Below, piece after piece: positions 39,797 through 48,696 of a DNA stretch of 64,000 nucleotides. Positions within the stretch are counted from its first letter, which is position 1. Each line of letters begins with the position of its first letter. The notes under the pieces are model-generated. The model saw only the letters and a program-made list of their open reading frames with translations. It made no database searches and was not told the origin of the DNA. A program made the translations under genes and the position numbers. Origin of the DNA: Candidatus Phycocordibacter aenigmaticus (lineage in GTDB: Bacteria > Patescibacteriota > Minisyncoccia > Phycocordibacterales > Phycocordibacteraceae); assembly GCA_045401115.1 (NCBI GenBank), contig CP174359.1:652667-716666 (forward strand), read 5' to 3'.

Positions 39797-40462
39797 CTAG
39801 TCTTCTTGTTTTTCAGAATCACTCTCTTCACTATCACCCTCTTCTTCTTTCTTGCCACGATCCTCTGAAATACCAATAGCATCCATATCAGGCTCTTCAG
39901 CTGATTCCTCTGTCTCCTCTTCAGGCATTGCAAGCGTTACCACTGTTTCTTCAGGATCAGTAATTAACGTCACTCCGGCAGGAAGTGAAATGTCTCCTGC
40001 AGAAATGGTATCGTCAAGTGTCTTGAGGCTAGAAATATCAACCACAAACTCATGCGGCAAGTTGGTTGCTTCAGCTTCAATAGTGATTTCATGAAGTGCC
40101 TTGATAACATTCGCACCAAGCTCTTTGACCGCTGAAGATTCTCCAGTAAATTCAATAGGAATCTCCACCTCTACTTTCTGTCCTTTCTTTACGATATAGA
40201 AATCTGCATGACGTGGCTCATTTGCCAATGGGTCAATATCAATCTCATGGATCAGCACATTTTTTACCTCACCATCAATAGATAATTTGATAATAGTTGA
40301 TTCACCTGCGTCTTTGAATACACGAGTAAAATCAGACGTAGCAACTTCGATTGCAATCGAATCTTCCTGTGCACCATACACCACAGCTGGCATACGACCT
40401 TCCGCACGGAGTGTTTGTACGCCTTTTCCTGTTATTGATCGTTTTTGGGCATTAAGTTCCAT
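39797..40462 (-). CDS. rplY: 50S ribosomal protein L25 / general stress protein Ctc with acidic C-terminal tail
   Basis: MELNAQKRSITGKGVQTLRAEGRMPAVVYG is the L25 N-terminal signature. 221 aa. Confidence 0.85.
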   Translation of the reverse strand: MELNAQKRSITGKGVQTLRAEGRMPAVVYGAQEDSIAIEVATSDFTRVFKDAGESTIIKLSIDGEVKNVLIHEIDIDPLANEPRHADFYIVKKGQKVEVEIPIEFTGESSAVKELGANVIKALHEITIEAEATNLPHEFVVDISSLKTLDDTISAGDISLPAGVTLITDPEETVVTLAMPEEETEESAEEPDMDAIGISEDRGKKEEEGDSEESDSEKQED

Positions 40463-40522
40463 ATATGCATGGGAGTATAACCCGTGGTCTTATAAATGGC
40501 AATAATCTATTCCGAATAAAAC

Positions 40523-42181
40523 CTATTTAAAATCAAGATGAGCAAAGGGTTCATAATCACCCCGAATGACCTTCTTGCCGGGATTAAAAATGTCCTGTGG
40601 GTCAAAAGTTTCCTCGACACGGTTAAAAAGTTCCGTCATGCGTGGACCAAACATACGCTCAACATACGGGGTACGCACGAATCCATCGTTATGTTCACCG
40701 GAAATCGAACCTTTATAAGACAACACCAGTTCATATACTCGGTCAGACAGTTCCGTAATAAGTTTTTTTGCATCAGGTCGATTTGGATCAAGCAGTGGGA
40801 TGATATGAAAATTACCGTCTCCTACGTGTCCAGCAATAGTATAGATAAGATCATATTCTTTCAGAATGGCATTAAGTTTTGGTAAAAATTCAGGTAATGA
40901 TTGCGGTGGCACCACGAAATCATCAATAAACGGTGCAGTGCGTTTATTGCGCACCTTACTACGCAGCAGGTTAAAGCTCTCGCGGCGCACCGTCCAATAT
41001 TTACGCGCCTCTTTTTCATTCTTTGCAAGGAACGTGTCGACAGCGTCCCCATGTTCCATTTTTACTTCAGCAATAAGTGCTTCAGCTTGTTTTAGTGCTT
41101 CAGCTTGCTCTTGTGCACGAAATTCAACAAGCAGCACCAGCTTAGGAACTCCCCCGGTAAGGAGACGCCATATTTCAGGCAAAAACGATATTCCAAGTTG
41201 AAAAATATTTGATTTCATACTCAACGCAAATTCCGGAAAATACCGTACTGCTAGAGAGAATGTGTTATCGTCATACGATTCAAAACTATTCGGCTTATGC
41301 GCAAGCACGGTGGGAACCAGTGTGCCGAGATCATCAATAGAATCCACAAATAGCACCGCCATAGCTGCGTATGGTTTTGGCTCTACCAAACGAAACTTTA
41401 TTTTAGTGATAATACCCATAGTGCCTTGTGAGCCCACCATTAAACGCGCCAAATTTAAACTCGTGATTCCGTCGCCAATATCCCACAATGCATACCCAGA
41501 TGAGTTTTTCTCAACATGTGGTTTTTTCTCTTTTATAATGTCACTGTTTTCTTTTACTAATGAACCGATCCTGCGATACATTTCTCCTTCGAATGAATCT
41601 TCAGACATTTTTTTCATCAGTGCCTCGCCTGAGAGCGCTTTGAGCGTATACACGTTGCCGTCAGCAAGTACCATCTCAAGTTCTTCTACATAGCGCGCAG
41701 TTTTTCCGTATTTTAAATTACGTTCTCCACCAGAGTCGTTCGCTGCCATACCACCGACAGTACACAACTCCCGGGAAGCGGTATAGCTCGGCAAAATAAA
41801 ACCTTTTTCGCGCGTCCGCACATCAAAATCACGATAAAACACCCCTGGTTCAACTACTGCATACCCGCCGTCAGCGTCTTCCCCCACCTCACACACAGTG
41901 TTGAAATGCGGAAGCATGTCAATCACAATTGAGTCACTCAGTGGCCCACCACTCATATCAGTACCGGCAGACCGCGCGGTAATACTTATCTCTTCGCCTG
42001 CGTCTCGTTTAGTATTTACAAAATCCACCAGCGCCTGTACGTCAGCGGTATCTCGCGGTGCCACCACTACCGTCGGTTTGAGTACAAATAGACTTGCGTC
42101 TCGACTAAACTTCTCTCGTGTTTCTGAGGAATCATCAACATCTCCACGAACAACGGTACGTAATTCATCAGCTAAACTCAT
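40523..42181 (-). CDS. FAD-linked oxidase (GlcD/D-lactate dehydrogenase-like, FAD-binding PCMH-type)
   Basis: 552 aa. N-terminal FAD-binding domain (VVVAPRDTADVQALVDF...ARSAGTDMSGGPL) plus an FAD-oxidase C-terminal domain. Confidence 0.7.
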   Translation of the reverse strand: MSLADELRTVVRGDVDDSSETREKFSRDASLFVLKPTVVVAPRDTADVQALVDFVNTKRDAGEEISITARSAGTDMSGGPLSDSIVIDMLPHFNTVCEVGEDADGGYAVVEPGVFYRDFDVRTREKGFILPSYTASRELCTVGGMAANDSGGERNLKYGKTARYVEELEMVLADGNVYTLKALSGEALMKKMSEDSFEGEMYRRIGSLVKENSDIIKEKKPHVEKNSSGYALWDIGDGITSLNLARLMVGSQGTMGIITKIKFRLVEPKPYAAMAVLFVDSIDDLGTLVPTVLAHKPNSFESYDDNTFSLAVRYFPEFALSMKSNIFQLGISFLPEIWRLLTGGVPKLVLLVEFRAQEQAEALKQAEALIAEVKMEHGDAVDTFLAKNEKEARKYWTVRRESFNLLRSKVRNKRTAPFIDDFVVPPQSLPEFLPKLNAILKEYDLIYTIAGHVGDGNFHIIPLLDPNRPDAKKLITELSDRVYELVLSYKGSISGEHNDGFVRTPYVERMFGPRMTELFNRVEETFDPQDIFNPGKKVIRGDYEPFAHLDFK

Positions 42182-42274
42182 GCTTATTATTATAACTCAC
42201 GTGAAATATTTAATAGTTTCTGTACCCCACTACTTGATACAGGATGTCTAAAACCCAGTGGTATACTACACACC

Positions 42275-43000
42275 ATGGCTTTTGTGCACGCAGGAGAAGA
42301 GCACCGTAAACACGAAGATCTCGTAGAAGCTCTCAATGACCCTGAAACATTCAAAAAATACAAAGAATCCTGTGATAATCAGCCGGTTTCTTTTCTCCCT
42401 CATATACTCGGACACTTTCTTATTGCCGCCGGCAACACGCTCTACGGGAAAAAGCCGTCATATCTTAAATTTCGCGCCGTAGAAGTTATTGCGCGCGTAC
42501 CCTACCATTCATGGGTTGCAGTTAGTCACACGTTACTTACTCGATTCTATAAAGATGAGAAACGCGCGTTGGTACTCTGTGCCGATGGAGAATTTGCGCG
42601 CCTCTCCCAAGAGAACGAGACAATGCATGTGGTGGTTATTTCAACACTTACTGAAAATGAAGAGCGTGGCAACGTTATTACTCATACCATTATCCCACTG
42701 ATGTTTGCGCTCTTTTATTACTGGGTCAGTTACCTTATTTATCTCTTTAAACCACGATGGTCACTTGAGTTGAACTACCTTTTTGAGAATCATGCTCTTG
42801 AACAGTATGATGAATTTCTCAAACAAAACGAAGAATCACTCAAGAGTAAACCTATTGAGAGCGAGTTTCTCTCATGGTATGGCCGTGAATTTAGGACGCA
42901 GTACGATTTTTTCCAATCAGTACGTAATGATGAACTCATCCACAGGAACCGTTCAATCCACACCACTTCGTGGCGAGAAAAAACTACATCTCCCCAATAA
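42275..43000 (+). CDS. Alternative oxidase / plastoquinol terminal oxidase (AOX/PTOX)-like di-iron carboxylate protein
   Basis: All four AOX iron-ligand motifs occur in order: AVEVIARVP (LET-like), ENETMH (NERMH), YLFENHALEQYDEFLK (LEEEA..H.Y.EFL) and VRNDELIHRN (RADEAHHR). Size is 241 aa. Confidence 0.72.
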   Translation: MAFVHAGEEHRKHEDLVEALNDPETFKKYKESCDNQPVSFLPHILGHFLIAAGNTLYGKKPSYLKFRAVEVIARVPYHSWVAVSHTLLTRFYKDEKRALVLCADGEFARLSQENETMHVVVISTLTENEERGNVITHTIIPLMFALFYYWVSYLIYLFKPRWSLELNYLFENHALEQYDEFLKQNEESLKSKPIESEFLSWYGREFRTQYDFFQSVRNDELIHRNRSIHTTSWREKTTSPQ

Positions 43001-43041
43001 TTACATTGCCTCTTTTGAACGGTGGTACACTAAAACAACAT

Positions 43042-44007
43042 ATGAACAATATAGATTTTTTAGCTATTGGCGACACTGTTACTGACGCATTTATTACCTT
43101 AGAAGATATTCGCATTGATACCGATCCTGACCCTGAGGATCAAGGGCAAGATGAAATTTGTTTCCGTTTTGGCGACAAACTACCGTATGAAGAACTGACC
43201 ATCACCCCAGGTGTGGGTAATGCTGCAAACGCGGCAGTCTCTGCCCATAGACTTGGACTCAACACCGCTCTGGTAACCGATATTGGTGGTGATACGTTTG
43301 GTAAGGAAATTCTTGAATACTTTGCTGGAGAAGGGCTCAACACTGAGTATGTACGGGTCCATGACAATATTCCTACGAATTATCATTTTGTGCTGTCACA
43401 CAATGCAGAACGTACTATTCTCATTAAACATCAAGCCTACCCATACGCACTTTCTCATATTGAACCACCCAAAACACTGTATTTCTCTTCTATCGGAGAA
43501 GGCACTGAGGAATATCATGACGCTATTGCGGATTATGTTGAAGCGCACCCCGATATACTTTTTGCATTCCAACCTGGCACCTTCCAAATGAAACTTGGCA
43601 AAGAGCGCCTCAAGCGTATCTACGCTCGCGCGAACATGGTGTTTGCAAACAAAGAAGAATACCAACGCATTCTTGAATCGAAGAGTGATGATGTTGAAGC
43701 GCTTCTACAAGAAATGAAAGAACTCGGTCCTGATACTCCTATTCTTACCGACGGACGAAACGGCGCCTATGCGCTGACTGAAGAAGGAATTGAACACGTA
43801 TCAATGTTCCCCGACCCAGCGCCTCCGAAAGAGCGCACCGGTGCTGGTGATGCGTTCTCGTCAACCACCGCAGCGTTAGTAACAGAAGGTTTCTCTCTTA
43901 AAGATGCGATGAAACGTGGCACTATCAATAGTGCATATGTCGTACAAAAAACCGGCGCACAGGAAGGACTACTCACTCGTGAAGCAATCGAAGAAAAACT
44001 CAAATAA
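43042..44007 (+). CDS. PfkB/ribokinase-family carbohydrate kinase
   Basis: Start at ATG 43042 (MNNIDFLAIGDTVTDAF..., N-terminal Gly-rich substrate motif). The C-terminal TGAGDAF anion-hole motif is present. Confidence 0.75.
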   Translation: MNNIDFLAIGDTVTDAFITLEDIRIDTDPDPEDQGQDEICFRFGDKLPYEELTITPGVGNAANAAVSAHRLGLNTALVTDIGGDTFGKEILEYFAGEGLNTEYVRVHDNIPTNYHFVLSHNAERTILIKHQAYPYALSHIEPPKTLYFSSIGEGTEEYHDAIADYVEAHPDILFAFQPGTFQMKLGKERLKRIYARANMVFANKEEYQRILESKSDDVEALLQEMKELGPDTPILTDGRNGAYALTEEGIEHVSMFPDPAPPKERTGAGDAFSSTTAALVTEGFSLKDAMKRGTINSAYVVQKTGAQEGLLTREAIEEKLK

Positions 44008-44025
44008 GAAGCATAGAAAAAACAA

Positions 44026-44096
44026 AAAATAAACGGCTCAATGACTGAGCCGTTTATTTTTTACCGCATTTTTGGTCAACACCCGGGTGTTGACCA
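44026..44096. repeat. Composite palindromic element: hairpin H (ATAAACGGCTCA-atga-CTGAGCCGTTTAT, with A/T runs) plus 24-nt perfect palindrome P1 (TGGTCAACACCCGGGTGTTGACCA)
   Basis: H is at 44026..44062 and P1 at 44073..44096, between the convergent kinase and ABC permease genes. The same H+P1 pair recurs in inverted order at 49825..49908, and H alone at 23162..23203. Confidence 0.75.
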
Positions 44097-44123
44097 GGGA
44101 GGTGGTGGGAGTTTTTAGGTGCC

Positions 44124-44924
44124 CTACTCTCGGATGCGCCAGCCAGTGCGGAAGAGATGTACTACAAGGAGTGAGAGCACGACGATAAGCCCAAGTATCA
44201 TTGACGCGCCAATAAGTAGGTTCAACTCGTGAATGCCAATGGTGGCGAAGCGCATCATGTCGATGAAGTAGAAAAATGGGTTCGCACGGGTAATGTTTTG
44301 CACCAACTCTGGCAGGAATGTTATAGAGTAAAACATGCCACCGAGCATGGTGAGTGGCGAGATAATGAACGTATTGAGAATGCCAAGTTGTTCAAAACCG
44401 TTTGCCCAGAGCCCCACTAAGATACCGAGTAAGGCAAAAATAATAGAGATAGCGATAACCGTCAAAAGGAATACAAACGGATGCACAATAGATACCGCAC
44501 CAAAGAACAATCCAATAATTAAGATACCGCTGCCGACGAATAGCGCACGCAGTACGGCGCTTGCGACAAAACCAATGAGCATTTCGATGTACGAGAACGG
44601 CGCCACTAACACTTCGTGAATACTCTTGACCCACCGACCGAAGTACACCGAACTTGCGGTGTGTTCAAAAGAACTGGTGAGAATGTTCATAGTAAGAATA
44701 CCTGGAAACACAAATGCCATATATGACACACCGCTAATCAAGTCTATTCTCTTACCCAACACAAACCCGAAGATAAAAATAAAGAGAGTCGCGGAAATAA
44801 GTGGTGCCGCGAACGTTTGCACCTTCACCCGTAAAATACGGTTCATCTCCTTTCGAATCAGTGTTCTAAGGCCTATCCAGTTGATTCCGTAGCGAAATGT
44901 TAGTTTGTTACTTTCTTTGTTCAT
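44124..44924 (-). CDS. ABC-2 type transporter permease
   Basis: 266 aa with 6 predicted TM helices. It lies immediately downstream of the ABC ATPase gene. Confidence 0.7.
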   Translation of the reverse strand: MNKESNKLTFRYGINWIGLRTLIRKEMNRILRVKVQTFAAPLISATLFIFIFGFVLGKRIDLISGVSYMAFVFPGILTMNILTSSFEHTASSVYFGRWVKSIHEVLVAPFSYIEMLIGFVASAVLRALFVGSGILIIGLFFGAVSIVHPFVFLLTVIAISIIFALLGILVGLWANGFEQLGILNTFIISPLTMLGGMFYSITFLPELVQNITRANPFFYFIDMMRFATIGIHELNLLIGASMILGLIVVLSLLVVHLFRTGWRIRE

Positions 44925-44934
44925 ACGGGATTAA

Positions 44935-45669
44935 TTAGCGTCCTTCTCCTTTAGTTAATTTCAGATACATCGTCTCAAGTCGATCACCGTCTTTCATAAA
45001 CTCAGCGCGATCCGCCTCAGCAACAATGGTCCCATTATTAATAATGCCAATACGTGAACACAGACGCTCAACTTCTTCAAGATAGTGACTCGTTAAGATA
45101 ATGGTCTTCCCTGCCTCATTAATGCGCTGTAGATGGTCCCATAACTCATGACGAAACTCTACATCCACGCCAGCCGTCGGCTCATCAAGGATAAGGAGGT
45201 CAGGGTCATGCACCATGGCACGCGCCAACATAACGCGGCGTTTTAGCCCTCCTGAGAGGTGTTGAAACTGTTTTGTAGCATGCGACTCAAGATTAAATTG
45301 CTTCAATAATTCAGTGATACGTTCTTTACGTTGTTCTTTTGGCATACCAAAAAAACCAGCATTATAGTCAAGAATCTGCCACACTCGTGCAAAGATATCG
45401 ACGTTAAAATCTTGCGGAGAAAGCCCTACCTTTTTACGTGCCTGGCGGTAGTCATTCACCACATCAATACCGAACACTTCAAGTGTGCCGCCTGTGGGCA
45501 TCGCAATACCGGTTAAGCAGTGGATGGTTGTTGACTTCCCTGCTCCGTTAGGTCCTAAGAGCCCAAAGAACTCACCCTGAGGAATGGAGAGTGATACGTC
45601 ATTAAGCGCTACCGTACCGGTCGCGTACGTTTTTTGTAGATTATGTATAGCAACCGCAGCCTGTGTCAT
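44935..45669 (-). CDS. ABC transporter ATP-binding protein
   Basis: Walker A GPNGAGKST, signature LSGGLKRRV and Walker B LLILDEPTAGVD. Confidence 0.88.
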   Translation of the reverse strand: MTQAAVAIHNLQKTYATGTVALNDVSLSIPQGEFFGLLGPNGAGKSTTIHCLTGIAMPTGGTLEVFGIDVVNDYRQARKKVGLSPQDFNVDIFARVWQILDYNAGFFGMPKEQRKERITELLKQFNLESHATKQFQHLSGGLKRRVMLARAMVHDPDLLILDEPTAGVDVEFRHELWDHLQRINEAGKTIILTSHYLEEVERLCSRIGIINNGTIVAEADRAEFMKDGDRLETMYLKLTKGEGR

Positions 45670-45726
45670 AGTCGCATTATTCTAACACAGCCCGATACGC
45701 TGTTTTAAAAAAGTAGGAAATGAAAA

Positions 45727-46734
45727 TTACTTACGTGACTGAGCGCGTTCTACAGCTGCAACAATCGCTGTAGCATCAAGCCCGTACTGAGTAATAAGTT
45801 CTTCCGGGTCGCCTGACTGACCAAATATATCCTGCACCCCGACACGCTCAATTGGAACCGGATGCGTACTGCTTAAAAATTCAGCAACCACACTACCAAA
45901 TCCGCCTGCTGCTTGGTGCTCTTCAACTGTCACCACAGCACCTGCTGTTTGCGCTGCTTCAAGTACACTCTTCTCGTCGAGCGGTTTTATTGTGTGACTG
46001 TTTAGAACTGACACCGCGATTCCTTTTTCTTCAAGCATACGCGCCGCTTTTAACGCTTCATGAAGCAGAGGTCCGCAACCAATAATCGCAACATCTGGTT
46101 TGGAACTTTCCCACATCATATACGAAGTTCCAATAGAAAATGGGGTGTCGTTAGTGGTCATGAGTGGTGTTTTCTCGCGGGCAAAGCGCAGGTAGGTTGG
46201 TTTACCATTCTGCGCGGCGGCAATAACTGCCTTCCGTGCTTCCTCGGCATCTGCCGGATACAGCACCACCATATTGGGCAACATACGCATTAGTCCAATG
46301 TCTTCTAACATTTGGTGTGTCGCACCGTCAGGCCCCACCGACACTCCCGCGTGCATCCCGCAGATTTTTACCGGTTGCTCATTGAGCGCAACAGTGGTGC
46401 GGATTTGCTCATAGTTCCTCCCGGGATTAAAAGCTGCATATGATGCCACAAACGGAATTTTTCCGGCGGCAGCAAAGCCACTGCCGACACTTACTAAATT
46501 TTGTTCAGCTACACCAAGTTCAACATATCTATCAGGAAACTCTTTTTGAAACCAACTCGCTCGGGTTGAATCAGCAAGATCAGCACAGAGCACCACCACG
46601 TTCTTATCTTCCTTACCAGCTTCGACTACCCCCTCACCAAAACCATTACGAGTCGGTGCACGATCTGTATCTTCTTCAAAAAGTTTTTTATTCAAATGTA
46701 TATTTGGATTTATCATATTATTCACTATCGCCAC
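45727..46734 (-). CDS. Transketolase, C-terminal subunit (split tkt)
   Basis: 335 aa with pyrimidine-binding and C-terminal transketolase domains (GVAEQNLVSVGSGFAAAGKIPFVASYAAF). Confidence 0.85.
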   Translation of the reverse strand: MAIVNNMINPNIHLNKKLFEEDTDRAPTRNGFGEGVVEAGKEDKNVVVLCADLADSTRASWFQKEFPDRYVELGVAEQNLVSVGSGFAAAGKIPFVASYAAFNPGRNYEQIRTTVALNEQPVKICGMHAGVSVGPDGATHQMLEDIGLMRMLPNMVVLYPADAEEARKAVIAAAQNGKPTYLRFAREKTPLMTTNDTPFSIGTSYMMWESSKPDVAIIGCGPLLHEALKAARMLEEKGIAVSVLNSHTIKPLDEKSVLEAAQTAGAVVTVEEHQAAGGFGSVVAEFLSSTHPVPIERVGVQDIFGQSGDPEELITQYGLDATAIVAAVERAQSRK

Positions 46735-47584
46735 ATTCTATTTTTCCATCAAGAGAACGGATAATTTTTAAGAATTTTTGTGCTTCTTCTTTGTTTGGCG
46801 GCTTGCCGTGCCACGTGTAGTCGAATTCTATTTCCGGCACTCCTTTACCAGGAATGGTGTGCGCCAAAAGCAGTGTTGGTTTTTCATAAATAGCGTGCGC
46901 TTCGTTAGACGCGTCAACTATTTCTTCCATATTGTGACCGTCAATTTCGATAACATGCCACCCGAATGCTTCATATTTATCTCGAATCGGTTCAAGCGGC
47001 ATTACCTCCTCCGTCATGCCGTTAATCTGGATGTTGTTACGGTCCATTATTGCAGTAATATTTGAAAGACGATTGTTACCCGCAAACATTGCTGCTTCCC
47101 AAATATTTCCTGCTTGTTGTTCACCATCACTCATAGCACAGTATATGCGATGTTTCTTACCATCCATACGTGCTGCATATGCCATACCGGCGGCTTGTGA
47201 AAGACCACTTCCCAATGGACCAGAAGTGGTTTCCATACCAGGCAAGCGCGTACGCTCTGGGTGCCCCTGTAGACGTGTACCGAATTTACGGAGCGTTAAA
47301 CACTCTTCAATGGGAAAATAGCCGGCATGTGCCATAGCCGCGTAACGCACCGGCACAATATGTCCGTTTGAAAGCACTAAACGGTCACGTTCCTCCCATT
47401 CAGGATCCTCCGGTTTATGGTTCATTATATGAAAATAGAGCGCGGTAAAAATATCAGCCATACCAAGAGGACCTGCGGTATGACCACTCCCCGCTTCAGT
47501 CAGCATTTCAATAATAGTTTCGCGCACAGCACGCGCTTTTTCTTGTAGATGCGTGACTTCTTTGTCAGTAATCGTTTTAGACAT
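46718..47584 (-). CDS. Transketolase, N-terminal (TPP-binding) subunit (split tkt)
   Basis: 288 aa with the thiamine-diphosphate motif GSGHTAGPLGMADIFTALY. It overlaps the C-terminal subunit gene by 17 nt. Confidence 0.85.
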   Translation of the reverse strand: MSKTITDKEVTHLQEKARAVRETIIEMLTEAGSGHTAGPLGMADIFTALYFHIMNHKPEDPEWEERDRLVLSNGHIVPVRYAAMAHAGYFPIEECLTLRKFGTRLQGHPERTRLPGMETTSGPLGSGLSQAAGMAYAARMDGKKHRIYCAMSDGEQQAGNIWEAAMFAGNNRLSNITAIMDRNNIQINGMTEEVMPLEPIRDKYEAFGWHVIEIDGHNMEEIVDASNEAHAIYEKPTLLLAHTIPGKGVPEIEFDYTWHGKPPNKEEAQKFLKIIRSLDGKIECGDSE

Positions 47585-48260
47585 GAGTAAGTTGTGTTAT
47601 TGCGGCAGCAGGATCATTTGAGGAAAAAATAAACGAACCGGATGCAAGACGATTTGCGCCAGCTGTTATAAGACTTGGTGCAACTTCTGCATTTACACCA
47701 CCGTCTATTTGAATAATAGCATTAGGATACGCTTCTCGAATTGAACGCACCGTGGAAATAGTTTTTTCTGAAAATGGCTCACCTTGTTTGCCAATATGTT
47801 CAATACCCATAACCTGCACATAATCAACATGATGCATATATAGAGCAAGCTGTGCCATATCTGTGTCTGGCATCACTGCTACGCCAAGCTCAATGTCGTT
47901 GTCAAATGCAATACGCTTAAGCGCATTCAAATCGTGGGTCGCGTTTATGTGAAAAATTGCCCGAGTAATACCGAGCCTACTCCACTGTTCAAGTAATACT
48001 TCCGGTTGATGCACCATTAAATCAACTTCGAAATTAAACACCTCTTGGAACGGAAGTCCTTCGTGTCCCTCGACGATACGTGTAAATTCTTCTGTGTCAC
48101 CCGCATGCATTGGCCACGTACGCATTGGCACGAACACACCGTCACATACATCAAGTTGTACGTATGGCGCTATGCCTTGTACACGCGCAAGATGCCCCTC
48201 TATTTCCTTAAGAGTAGGCACTAAAATAGCAGGCAGCACCTCAACATTCTTCATGTTCAA
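47577..48260 (-). CDS. rpe: Ribulose-phosphate 3-epimerase
   Basis: 227-aa TIM barrel. QLDVCDGVFVP and C-terminal IQIDGGVN blocks resemble Rpe, and the gene sits in a pentose-phosphate cluster. Confidence 0.65.
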   Translation of the reverse strand: MNMKNVEVLPAILVPTLKEIEGHLARVQGIAPYVQLDVCDGVFVPMRTWPMHAGDTEEFTRIVEGHEGLPFQEVFNFEVDLMVHQPEVLLEQWSRLGITRAIFHINATHDLNALKRIAFDNDIELGVAVMPDTDMAQLALYMHHVDYVQVMGIEHIGKQGEPFSEKTISTVRSIREAYPNAIIQIDGGVNAEVAPSLITAGANRLASGSFIFSSNDPAAAITQLTHV

Positions 48261-48693
48261 TACGAGTTATTTTATCCAGTCGTCGTTGATGCCTCTCTGC
48301 GGGATCACGTTCAGTGGCAAGAAATACATCAGCATACTCACGCACCTCGCTCTCATTAAGAACATCGGCAGCGAGTGTAATTACGTTTATATCGTCGTGT
48401 GCGCGAGCGTGATGAACTGATTCTTTTGAATAACCTACGGTAGCGCGCACGCCGCGCACCTTATTAGCAACCACATCCATACCCATACCAGAGCCACATA
48501 ATAAGATACCGCGTGCCTCACTATCGCGAGCGACTGCCTGCGCTACGGGGTACGCAAAATCAGGATAATCATCAGTTGAATCTTCTTCAAACGCGCCCAT
48601 ATCTTCAACGGTATATCCCGATTCAATAAGATATTGCTTGAGCACCTCTTTGTCTTGGTACCCTCTGTGATCTGCGCCAATGTATACCTTCAT
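48241..48693 (-). CDS. rpiB: Ribose-5-phosphate isomerase B
   Basis: 150 aa. MKVYIGADHRGY...ILLCGSGMGMDVVANK matches the RpiB/LacAB family. Confidence 0.85.
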   Translation of the reverse strand: MKVYIGADHRGYQDKEVLKQYLIESGYTVEDMGAFEEDSTDDYPDFAYPVAQAVARDSEARGILLCGSGMGMDVVANKVRGVRATVGYSKESVHHARAHDDINVITLAADVLNESEVREYADVFLATERDPAERHQRRLDKITRIEHEEC

Positions 48694-48696
48694 AGA

